Assembly: GCA_028534125.1 (NCBI GenBank)
Contig: CM052818.1
Coordinates: forward strand, 33,420,001-33,484,000
Source: Lama glama
Lineage: Eukaryota
Length of the DNA stretch: 64,000 bases
Reading direction: 5' to 3'
Positions 52,550-64,000 of this stretch are shown one piece after another. Under the pieces are notes generated by a model, which worked only from the letters and a program-made list of their open reading frames with translations, did not search any database and was not told the origin of the DNA. Within the stretch, counting starts at the first letter, position 1. Each line of letters starts with the position of its first letter. Position numbers and translations under genes: made by a program.

Positions 52550-52626
52550 ATTTTAATGTCTCTCCAGCATATGGTATGTGCAATTTAAATCGGTCACAGT
52601 TGGGTCCAGGAGTCAATGACGTGCAG
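52550..52626 (-). CDS. BABAM2: BABAM2 (BRE/BRCC45) internal coding exon, 77 nt (exon 3 in human numbering as recalled)
   Basis: Minus strand reads (GG)C-TGC-ACG...=[26 protein letters not shown](T), matching the recalled BRE N-terminal sequence. Acceptor tctttctttcttttttccctcaaag, donor AAT|gtaagt. Starts phase 2, ends phase 1. Confidence 0.97.
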
Positions 52627-54444
52627 CTTTGAGGGAAAAAAGAAAGAAAGAAAGAGATGAAAAGAGTTTCGTAAAACCCCACATATTTATGATATTTAAT
52701 AAAGTAAATAAAAGGTGATCCTTACAGATAAACGATTAAAACCCTGGCTTATAGGAAAAAATAAAAGCTCTTAATAGTCATGGAGGCCAAGACAAAACAA
52801 AAGTAAGACTTGCTCTAAAGAAACTCATTTAAATAACAGTAAAACCTATCTGCCTTCTAACAACAAATACCAACACTGCTTCAACTACTTCTCTCAAAGA
52901 AGCGTATCGCAACTTTGAAAACAGGTATATGATCCAAAACAGGTCTGTAGTCTTTGGTGCCAAGAATTGTAAAAGAAGAGTAGTTTTACGGTCATATTTT
53001 AAATATAGACTCTAAGTTTTCACTCAGTTAGTACTAAAAAGAGCCCACTTTTGGCCTTTTTCTGGTACCAGATGGTTTTCTCTCTTTCCCCAAAAATAAA
53101 GCGCTTCCTCTAGAGTTGGCACCCCATAACTTACATCTGTAGGAGAGCACAATGCGCTACACTCAGTTTCAGATAAAATGCAAATTTATAAGGGGGGTGA
53201 GTTAGTCACCCAGGTCTCAACAGCCTGCTTTTTGTTGTTTTTTTTTTAATCTATTACTTCATAGAGTTATACAATGTTCTGTGCTCTTTACACAGATTTA
53301 CTTTATAAGATATCTCCCGTGATCTTATGAGTCATAAGAGCACTCACGGCTTCATAAATTAATAAAAAGTTAATATGAAGTCAGTTGAGGAAGTTGTACG
53401 TCTTTTTAGACAAAAAAAAGTAAAGTTTCTAATTTGCCAAATAGAGCAGGAAGGCTAATTTTCTTTCATAATTCCAAAACTGGCTATGAAATATTTCTGA
53501 GAAAGAACCTACAAAAGTAGTTGAAGGAACAGAAGCATTGTTGGAACAGATGTGCAGTTTCCCTAGTTGGCCACTTTGAAGGGTAACACTCATCTGACAC
53601 TAAACTGGAGAGGTGCTGGCTCAAAAACAGCTAACTCAGACCTCGCATTAGATTTACTATTACTTTTTCCCAAAACTATTTGAATGTGAAAAAGAAAAGA
53701 GACAGACAGAAACTTTAACTCTGAAGTATTCAATACAAATCACTAGGCTGATGATTATTCTTTATCTTTAGGAGTTAATAAAAACATCTGTTTATGAAGT
53801 AAACAACAAAGTTGCACTACTGTGGCAGAGTAACCTAATTTAATTTCTCACAGGTTTTTAAGAACACATTCTTTACCTTTCAATATAAAAAATTCTTCAG
53901 GGCATTTTATTAAAGGTATTAAAATACTTACCTTATACTGTAACCTTTTCGAGCCCACAACATAGCAGTTCTTTGAAATCATTTATGGAAAACACATCCA
54001 TTTTAGCATTACAAAATATAAAGCAGTCTCTAATGGCCAAAATGACTCTACAAGCAATGCTAAGAATTTTTTCTCTTACATCATATCCAAACAACAATGT
54101 TTTTAAATGATTTAAGATAAAAAACATTCAATCAAGTGTCTTTTGGGGGGCTTGAAGATCCAATTACCTACATAGCTTAATGACTGAAGTTATTAATAGT
54201 ACAGGAAATCTCAGGATTAATCTGATTTTAATTTGTTTGAATAGCTTGTCCCTCTTCAATGTGAAATGAGCTTCTAGATTGTTACATTCACTGTTGGGCC
54301 ACACTTTCTGTTATTCACTTTATGCCTTACCCAGGACTAGGAAAGTGTTTTTGTGCTTGGCCCTTCCTCCCTCACTACTTGAACGGCTGGTTCCAGCCAC
54401 CCCAGAGGGTAAAAAAATACATTTCTCCATCTGAGTGATTCCCT

Positions 54445-55215
54445 CACTGATTCTTTTCACTTAGATAAGATTTACTGAGCATCGTTCTATGTGTTAGGAA
54501 TACAGGGTGGATGAGATAGACAAGATCTACAGTCTCATGATACTTAAATTCCGGCAAGGGAAGAAGAAACGATAAATATAAGACAAACATATAAAGATGG
54601 CTAAAGATTGCTAAATGTGATGCAGAAAATGAAACAGGAAGCTGCAAGAAAACAGGAGCCACGTTAGAGTGGAAGACTGGGAAGACCTCTGGAGGAGGTG
54701 AAATCTGAAGCCTGAATAACGCGAAGAGGCCAACCATGCACAGTTCTGGGGAAGAGCATTCCAGGCAGAGGAAACAGCTGGTGCAGAGGCGTGAAGGCAG
54801 GAACAAGTCTGATATTTCTGGGGGAAGAAATCTTGATATGCCCGGGCAACGCAGCTAGAATAGAGTGACTGAGGAAGAGAACAGCAAAAGATCAGGACAA
54901 GGGGGAAGCAAAGGTGGACCACGCAGAGCCTCGGAAGCGGCAGCAATTAATTCAGGTTTTATTTGAAGCACAAAGCAGGTTTTAAGAACGGTAATATCCA
55001 ATGCTTTTAAAAGATCACCCTGTATACTGTATGGAAAGGGGTAAAAAGGTAAAATGGAAACGAAGAGACCAGAAAGGAGTCCATTTCAGGCAAGAAAGAT
55101 GTTGGGCCCCTGGACCAGGGAAACAGCAGTGGCGATCTCCGTCCAGAGGGATTTACTCAACAGGGTCCAGTTTAGGAAGAAGAGAAGTCAAGAGTATAAA
55201 GTATGAGATGATAGC
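54445..55215 (-). mobile_element. L2 fragment
   Basis: atttactgagcatcgttctatgtgttagg, ggggaagagcattccaggcagaggaaacagc, ttttaaaagatcaccctg. Confidence 0.85.
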
Positions 55216-57627
55216 CAAATTTTATATGGAAACAGATAGGTTAATGGGTGGGCCAGCCTATCTAAAAGGGCCACTGAAACATCACAAAAAAGAAGAAAAG
55301 ATGGAAGAAAAACTCACCTTAGAGACAGTCTTGTATGCTGTTAGAAAGATCACTTACTTGAAGTGGGAATTGTGGCAGGGGTAATACTCCCAAACAGGAG
55401 AATACCCAGGTTAAAAGGGCTCACCTCCCATTAACTGCAGGTCTACTGTTTAGCTGAGAGGAATACACACATTTGGGGCCAAGAACTAAACTGTTCAAGG
55501 GAACAGAAGAAAGGCTAAGATGCTATCAACAGAACTCTCCTAAATAGCTCTCAGCTCCTCCTCCAATGAGCAAATTATTTAAAAGATGTGTTATGCTCTG
55601 TCTTCCATATTATCTAGGGTTAATAGTTTTATGGGAAACAAGCCAAAGTCATGTTATGTAAAGGTCCTTTTAAGATTAAACTGAAATGTTTCCCCTTTTA
55701 AATTACCTCTGTCTAAAACTGGTTTTGGTCATGCTACTTAATTTTACTATGAAATTTCAAATCACACTCAAGGAGGGCATTAGTGTTTCTGTTAATCAAG
55801 GAGGACAAGTGTTTAAAAAAAAGGGTGTGGGCTAAAAAAGACTTAAAAACACATATGAATTGCATGATTCCACTTACGGAAGAGAGAGATCTGGGTGTGT
55901 GCATCCATGTACATAAGCATTTCAGATGAAGAGCCACCAAAATACGGCAGGATTTGGGATGATTTTTTAGAACTTCCTTTGATTACCCTTCTGCACTGTT
56001 TTGATTTTTATAATTAACATGAACTATTCTATAATATATAAATATTTTAAGAGTAAATATACTCTTTTTATATTTGACTCAGGAAACTAGACTCTAATGG
56101 GTTAATTTATCTTTTTCTTCTAAAGTGCTTCACTCCTTTTCAGAAGGAGAAGGCAGGGTGATTTACTGATGAACAGCCTTCAGATAAAGTATATGAAAGA
56201 CTTTATATTGTGATATCACAAAACTTCACGTTTCTAACATTTATCATTTCTCACTGTTTCTTATGGGTTAGAATTTGGGAATGGCTTGGTGGGGCAGTTC
56301 TGGTGTTTAAGGCCTCCCGTGAAGGTGCAGTCAAATGCAGTAACAGAGAACTAACACAGTGCGAAAGCTCATTCACCTAGAGGAACATTTCCTTACACAA
56401 GTATGAAAAAGCTACTAAATAAAAAGCTACCAACTTCATTAAAATTACATTTGTAAAATGGTAACTTGTCCTACCACATAAATAGATCTAAGGTTTTAAA
56501 AAAACAATATTCGAAACTGAGTATCTTTTAATAGTAAAATAAATTTCAAATTACTTAAAAACTGCTGACAATTCAAATGTAATTTCCAATTTGTCTCTCA
56601 GCTATATTTCCTGCGTGCTTACTATATGTCAGGCAGTGTACTAGGTGCTGGGAATACAGCAGCTGACAAGAACAAAATCATATAAAGTATTACAATGTAA
56701 AAAGGGTTCTGGGATGCAGAACTATGCCCTAAAAATGTATCTTTCACACTAAATTCTAATTACCTCAGTACACTGAGAATGCATTCTTTTAAAGTTTAAC
56801 ACGTGGGAGAACAAAGCAGGCTGAACTCCCTTTCTACAGATTATGCAAGTCGGAATTATCAAGTGGGAATTCAGGTTAGCATCAAATTAGGCAGTTTACT
56901 CTGGTTCTTTATTACAGAAATTGCAGCTAACCATTGATACAATAAAATGCTAAGCACATAACCTTCTCATAATCTCATCCCTACGATCTCTTATTTTACA
57001 TCTCACTACATGACTCTCAATATTATTATTGATCTATTTTCTAATTGTGGTTTCCTTTCCCTACCAGATCATAAGATTCCTGGTACCCAGAACTGTCTTA
57101 TACTTTTAAAAATGTCTTCGTACAGCATCTAGCACAGTGCTAAGCACCCAGCACTCATGAAATTTTAGCATATGCTTGTAAATCATTAAACTCAAAAACT
57201 GTCATTTTAGATATGGCGACAGTGAAGGCCAGAGGGTCTCACAGGCACACTCAGTGAGCATGCCAGGATTGGAAATGACGTCCAGGGCATTCTGGCCACG
57301 TCTTAGTCTCCCTGGCCTAAACATCTTTAAATCATCTTTACATCTCTAGCACCCAACACTGCAACCAGGACGTGGGTACTCCACCAACTACGTATGGAGA
57401 CAAAGGTCTGCTAAATGGAAGGTTTGCATAAATCTTGACTCAGTCTTGTGCTCTTTTCTTGACAAAAATTGACAGTTCAACTGGAATTGGAAAGATGTTC
57501 TCATCCTCAACTCTGAGAAAGGTAAAAGTGTGACTATTTGTGGAAAGTCCTCCTTTTGAAGATTTGTACATGCAACCCAGAATTTAAACTTAGAACCATC
57601 ACCTAAAATCCCTCTATTTTCACAATA

Positions 57628-57875
57628 AATAATAGTAAGAACAACAACAGCCAACATTTGTTGAGCATTTACTATGTGGCAGGCACTAGTCTAAGTTCTT
57701 TAATGAGATTAAATCATTTAAGCCCACAGCAACCTTCAGAGACAGGTGCCATTACCTCCATTTTACAGATGAGGAAACTAAGGCAAATAGAAGCTATGTA
57801 ACTCGCTAGTAAGTGATAAAGCTGGGATCCAAACCCAGGATGTCTGGCTCCAGAGCCCATTTTCTTAACCACCAC
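57628..57875 (-). mobile_element. MIR SINE, near full length
   Basis: aacatttgttgagcatttactatgtggcaggcact...ccattttacagatgaggaaactaaggc...ggatccaaacccaggatgtctggctccagagccc. Confidence 0.9.
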
Positions 57876-59669
57876 ACTAAATCATCTCTCAATAATTAAA
57901 GGGGAAACAACCAGAATTAGTTTAAAAAAATGTGCATTACAACTCTTTTCAACAAATGTGTTTTTATTAAGTACCTATAATAATGGAAAGTACAAGCTGA
58001 CAATAAGTTGCCAAAAAGTGTTTTACCACACATACTTTAAATAAAAGAAAATGATTTCTTAGTAATAAGAACTGTATACATGTAAATAAATCAATGATAC
58101 AGAAGAGGGAACAAGGCCCTTATAACTTGATTAAACAGACTCTACAATGTTGACACTCTTGATTTATTCAGCAAACTCTTTAAACAAGTAGTAAAAAATA
58201 AATTTGGATTTGAATCCTCTAAATTATGACTTCTTCCTAATTACTGAGATCAAACTCAAATTATTAAAATATAAAGAGGAAGTTAGGCAATTTCACAACA
58301 CTTTGTATGATTTGCGTGACAGCCAAGAATTAATCTTCATTAACAAAGTTATAAGAAGATATTCGACAACCTTTTAGACATCAGCATTTTTAAGACAATG
58401 CAGGATATATGGTTTCTAGTTTAATGCTAAACCTATTATTTGACACACTTTCTGGGAAAGATAATGATTTCTTCTGTTCTTCAAGCCATCTAAAAAGAAC
58501 AAAGTAGATGAGTCTAGGGTTCCTTCCCTGAGTCTACGTCAGTTTCCTTTACTCTGACTGTTAATTCACCATTTGGCATGTTCTCCTACAATAGCTTCCT
58601 GTTTTCTTGATAATGACGTTTGTGCTTAACCAACAATATTTAACATCAGCTGAGAAGGAAGTCTTCAGTTTTGGCAACCTAAAATAACAGGTCACGATGA
58701 AAAAAACAGGCTAAAGACTAATAACTGCCTCTTAAATAACTATTAGGTCATAAATTAGAGTGAATTATTGTTAGCTGACATTGATCACATTTTCATTTTG
58801 TGGAATTTATTTTCTCTGAATAAAATTCAACATCAACAATTCCACTCAGACTAAATCAGTTTCAAAATTATCATGGTTTCTAGACTGAAATTCAGCAATA
58901 AAGAAGCTAGAAGACTAAAGTAGGATATCTTAACAGCTATCTAAATAATCTATAAAATGGGCATTTTATCTGTGAAGGCATTTGACCTTTCGATTCACAG
59001 ACTCACCCCTCAGTCTTGGAAGGGAATTAATGTTCCATCTAGTTGACTACATCAAAACCCACTAGGTCAAGTCTGAGGCCTTTCTACAAGAAGGCTCATG
59101 AATTAGAATTGGTAAGAGAAGGCAGAAAAACTGCACTGAGGTTGATTTTTTAGACCGTTATCCAGGAGAATGGAACTACCTACCTGATGACATATGATGT
59201 TCCTGATATACCAAGTACATCCTCTACATCTCTAAAGCCTAAAATCTATTTCTGGGCCCTACTAGAAAGTGGTAGGTTTAATTCTTGGCATAGGAATCCA
59301 AAATGCCATTACCAAAATAAGTGACTCAGCCCAGAATGCTTTAAAATTTATAAAATTAAAATATTCAAAAAAATGTGTTTGCCAGTTCATGTGGCATCAA
59401 CTGTTATTCTCAGTTTCTATGCTATATCTCCATTTATAAATGAGAGATTTTCAACTCTACTTTAGCGTAAGGAGTATTTTTAAATGTTAGTAGGTGTTCC
59501 TATAACAAAAATGTGGCTTAAATTACGATATGATTTCAGTAGGAATGACGGGCTCAAATACTATTTTTAACAGTTAACTAGGAGGGGGGAATCCTTTAAT
59601 TTTTTGAGACAGATGCTTAGATCATTAACGTTCAACCTTTCTTCTTTTCTAATATGTGCATGTAATGCA

Positions 59670-60785
59670 CTCAGTTAATAGAATAAAAGAAAAAATTAAT
59701 AGCATTATCTCTATAAGTGTAGGATGAGTGTTTGATAAAATTAAATAACGATTCATGTTTCAAAAACTCTTTGCAAATGAGGATAAAAGAGAAACTTCCT
59801 TAATATGATAAAAGTCATCTACAAAAAACCTACAGGAACATCGCACTTAGTAGCAAAATGTTAAATTTTCCCCTTTGACATAAAGAGTAAGACAAGGATA
59901 TCCTCAATTTTACTCAACATTGTACTGGAGGTCTTAGCTATTACAGAGTATGTAGCATAGGGAAATAAAGGTATTCATATTGGAAAGGAAGAAATAAAAC
60001 TATCCTTATTTGCAAATAATATGACTGCATGTAGAAAGCTTTTAAAATGTTCATATGCATCCTTGGAAAAAAATCTGGGTTTAGTAAAGTTGCTAGACAA
60101 AGAACATACACAAAAATCAACTGTATACTGTATACATATATCTATATACCACCAACAATCAGTTAAAAAAAAAACTTTTAGAAAGATATCATTGAAAATA
60201 ACATCAAACGATCAAATACATAAAGATAAATGTCACAAAAGATGCACAAGAGCTCTATGTAGAAAGCTATCATTGAGAAAAAAGTAAACAAAAAATGAGC
60301 ACAGATATTATGCTCATAGATTAAAAGAAACATAATGAAAAGATGGCAGTTCTCCTTAAGTTGATCTGAAACCTGAAAGGCAGATTCAAAAATGTAAATG
60401 CAATGTCAAGAACCAAGAATCGACCAGATTCTCTTGAAGAAGAAAAATTTAATAGGATTATTGACAATAGCCAAAGGGTAGAAGTAACCCAAGTGTCCAC
60501 TGACTGATGGCGGAGGAACAAAATGTAGTAAATACATATAGTGGAATATTATTCAATAGCCTTAAAAAAGGAAGGAAATTTTGACACATGCTATAACATG
60601 GATAAACCGTGAAGACATTATGCTAAATGAAATAAGCCAATCACAAAAGGGCAAATACCATATGAGTCCATCTATATGAGGTACATAAAGCAGTCCAGTT
60701 CAAAGAGACAGAAAATAGGACGATGGTGGCCAGGGGCTGAGGGAAGACAGGACATAGACAGTGTTTAGCAGGTACAGAGTTTCAA
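59670..60785 (+). mobile_element. Composite L1: old ORF2 RT fragment followed by a better-preserved L1 3' piece (~60460-60785)
   Basis: tcaacattgtactggaggtcttagc, ttatttgcaaataatatgact; then aacccaagtgtccactgactgatg...gaagacattatgctaaatgaaataagccaatcacaaaag. Confidence 0.8.
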
Positions 60786-63149
60786 ATCAATTTTTAAGTA
60801 TTTGTTGAACATTACTGTGATGGGTATATAAAGTGTTTTACCTAACAGGGCAATGGTCTTGTCTTCGAGTGAGTATATAAGACAATGGACTGGGGTGCAG
60901 GAAGAAAATCTTATGGGAAAAGAGTATGTGTGTGTACATGTGTGTGTTCGTGCATGTGGAGAGAGAGAGAGAGAAATTAATCCTTACGATATACAATATA
61001 CAGATTGACCCCAGCACCTCTTTCAGTTCCAGCAGTTGTTCAAGTGTCCTGAGGGAAGAATGCGAGTTCCACAACCCCAAGGCGCTGATGGTAGTACTTG
61101 CAATTATTCAGTTGCCTTCAGCATACTGTGATACTGTGATGTTTCATGGATGAAAGGAATCCACTGTCTTATCTTAACTACACTAAAGCCCTTTAGAAAT
61201 GAACAAGCAGTTTAAAAAGAATCTTGCAAAGAATCTATGGCCAGAAAATAATACCAATAATACAGGCACAAGCAAATTTTCAACAAAATCTTTCACGTAA
61301 CTGGTGCATGGGATTGAAAACTAGTCTCAGGGTATAGTATATGTAGCCAACATTGTGTTTCTTCCATTAGTATCTATATATTGTTTCAGATTTCTTTTTT
61401 CAGGTATGACTAGTGAAAATATCATATTATAAGCAATATAAGTTATGTTTAGAGTAATGTTTATTTCTTTTTATATCATTCTTTTTAATACATTTTATGT
61501 ATATTTTACAATATACAAGTATGTTTTTATAAGTAAATAAATACCATGTATTGGGGGTTCCTAATCAAATTATCTTAAGGTACATAATCAAAAAACATCA
61601 CTGCTATAAAAGGCACAGAACGGAGTGTCTATTCTCAAGAACCTTGAACTGTAATCAGAAGACAAAAATCAAACCTGTGAAAGTCAAACAAGGCACAATT
61701 TAAATAAGAATTCAAGACAACAATAGATACAAGTCACAAAGCAATTAACATGATTAATTGCCAAATTAGTGGTTAAAGAAAATGAGCACAATAGAAGTTG
61801 AGAGAGCAGAGAAACCACTTTTAGCAGGAGTAACCACGGAAGGTTCACTGCAATACAACTGGCCTCAAAAGAATGAGTTGGATCTGATCAAGAGAGAGGA
61901 AGGAAAAATATGTACCTGCAAGTGTCCTCAAATAGGGTCAAAACCAAAGAGACAGATACTCTGCTAGAACAAAAGTGCTTTAATGAACTAGAGAACATTA
62001 AACCTTGAATCCTTTAGCTTTCAGCAGCATACCCACCAGCACACAGGAGGCACCTGATAACTACTGCATATGTAGTACATGTGAGCAAGTGGAGCTGGAG
62101 AAGACAAGTGCACTCTAAGGACATGTCAAAGTCAAAACAAACTACATAAATGTCCTGGACGGATTCCTATTCCAACTATGGGAATACCGGTAATTTTTAC
62201 ATTAAAAAATGTTATAAGAAACCCCCAGCAGCAAGGCCCACTTACATACTATTTCTATGCATTTAATGTACAAAATAATTTTAGAAAAGGCAACTTTTAT
62301 AATAAACACTTTTAATTTGTTCAAAAAAATTTTCCTGTAGCTTTCTAGGCCACCATTTTCATTCCTTGACCCAAAATGAGTTCTACGTGGATGCACTCCC
62401 TATTCTCTGCACTCTGTTTTATATTTTATATCATTTATAGCCTATGTATCTAAATCCCAATCTCAATTTCTGCTCCTTACAGGAAAGGACTGAAGAGTAT
62501 TTATCTTGGCATGCTCCAGTGGCTCAGATTCTCAAGGCAATGAACTAGCAGTTTTTATCTTTCTCTTACTGGTTTTCATAATATTGGTTTTATTTATATT
62601 TGTGCCTCCACAGAGCCTCACACTTACTAGGTGCTCAATATATGCTTTTCTTATAAAAAAAAATTTGAGTGAATATGAACAGAACAAAGGGCAGGGTACA
62701 AAAAAGAATAAGTGGAAAACTGGTAGGGAACAGGGGAGGACAGGGAGAAGAGAAAAAACAAGTAAAAGAGTGAACTGTAGTGGAAACAGATAATGAAGTA
62801 GAGGTAAAAATGGAGAATGGAAGATGGAATGGAAGAGTGGAGAAGGGTGGGGGGAGAATTAACAGATTCTCAAGTGTCATTAAAGGATGCCCTTTCCCTT
62901 TGGTGAAAGGTGCTTTCTAAAGATGGAAGAAAGGTTTTTTCATTCTCAAATTCTTCTATTTAAGAGATGACGCAAAGATGTAGCATCTGCTAGATGAGCA
63001 TATCTGGAACTGCCGGATAATGGGATAAATGTGCCATCGATGTATTTTAGGTTGTTAGGTGGTTTTGGAGGATTTTTCCTTAGATTGCTGCTTGAGATAC
63101 AACTGTTATACACTATGAACTTTAAAGCTCTGTGCAAATTAAATAATCT

Positions 63150-63285
63150 GTCTCTTCCTCGGTTTCCTTATCTGTAAAATGGGGATGATAGTCACTCTCC
63201 ATGATGTTGTCATGAAGATCCACTGACCTGATACATATAAAGGACTTAGAACAATGCCTGACACAGTGTAAGTACTTGCTGTTAT
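63150..63285 (+). mobile_element. MIR SINE fragment
   Basis: cctcggtttccttatctgtaaaatggggatgatag...acttagaacaatgcctgacacagtgtaagtact. Confidence 0.8.
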
Positions 63286-64000
63286 GAAAAGTCAAAAGCA
63301 CAAACTGCAAAACCAAAAATATGGAGAAGGAAAGTCCATCTCAAACACTATTTTCATCAAAGCTTTAATTCCACTTGCATAATAATTTTCAGAATTTAAA
63401 ACAAACAAAAACCTCAACTGACCTACTCACCTCACTACTATGCCTTTTTTATTCCACAGACAAAAATTATCAGAGGGGGTCGCATCATGAAGAGATTGAA
63501 TCAGAGCAGAAAAAGGATTTTCCCAGGTCCCAAATCAAATCTAATGGAGCCCAGAATGCCCTTCATGTTGCACAACAGGAGACCCACGAGGGAACAAAGA
63601 AGAGGATGGACTGGAGTATCTGAGTAGGAGACAAAGCCAGGAGAGACTAGAAGGCGCTTCAGAGAAAAGTAAGGAGGGGACGCCTCTAGTCTAGTCTAGA
63701 GGCTTTCACACCTTCCTGACACACAGTAGGAAATTTACATGTCACCGCTTAATCCCACCACTCAGTACACATATATGCACTGAGCATACATGGACATATA
63801 TGTGTATATGTCTATTATATATAAATTGAAACAAAATTTTAATATACTTATTAGTTTTATTACATGATACGGCTGATACTTTTACCCAATTCTATCCTAT
63901 TTCATATTTTTTAAATCTGAATCAAGACCCACTAAAATGATTTCATAGCACACCAATGGGTTACAACCTACCAATGGTTTCAACACAAAGCTCTGTCCAA

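Noticed and set aside
60990..61080. Minus-strand peptide LWNSHSSLRTLEQLLELKEVL resembling the hAT transposase RWNS..LERLLELK motif
   Set aside because: Spacing is off by two residues, no Arg before Trp, in-frame stop shortly upstream and no other transposase motifs seen; needs a tBLASTn/Dfam hit to revive.
63645..63700. CTCF-like agactagaaggcgc and palindrome gcctctag-tctagt-ctagaggc
   Set aside because: Lacks the conserved CC of the CTCF core; 8-bp arms built from a (tctag)n micro-repeat are expected by chance.
1..64000. Prokaryote-style systems (CRISPR arrays, operons, defence islands) or a novel multi-gene system
   Set aside because: No regularly spaced repeat-spacer array and no dense ORFs; the window is a mammalian intron-rich locus.

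Overview
Mammalian genomic DNA, AT-rich and repeat-dense, almost certainly camelid (two tRNA-Ala-derived Vic-1-type SINEs). The whole window lies inside the minus-strand gene BABAM2 (BRE/BRCC45, subunit of the BRCA1-A and BRISC complexes). Two coding exons are identifiable by translation and canonical splice sites: 52626-52550 (77 nt) and 15308-15214 (95 nt), joined across a ~37 kb intron. The rest is intronic: old and young L1s (nearly all antisense to the gene), L2, L3/CR1, MIR, MaLR/ERVL LTRs, hAT and Tigger fossils, microsatellites and two 500-N gaps. None of the supplied ORFs is a credible gene. I found no evidence of a novel biological system. The best leads are a frame-preserving 126-nt candidate cassette exon, a ~135-bp local duplication at a repeat junction, a young sense-oriented L1 hidden in an under-sized gap, and a few enhancer-like segments. 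Repeat subfamily names and the BABAM2 reference protein are from recall, not a database search; repeat boundaries are approximate unless TSDs are quoted.
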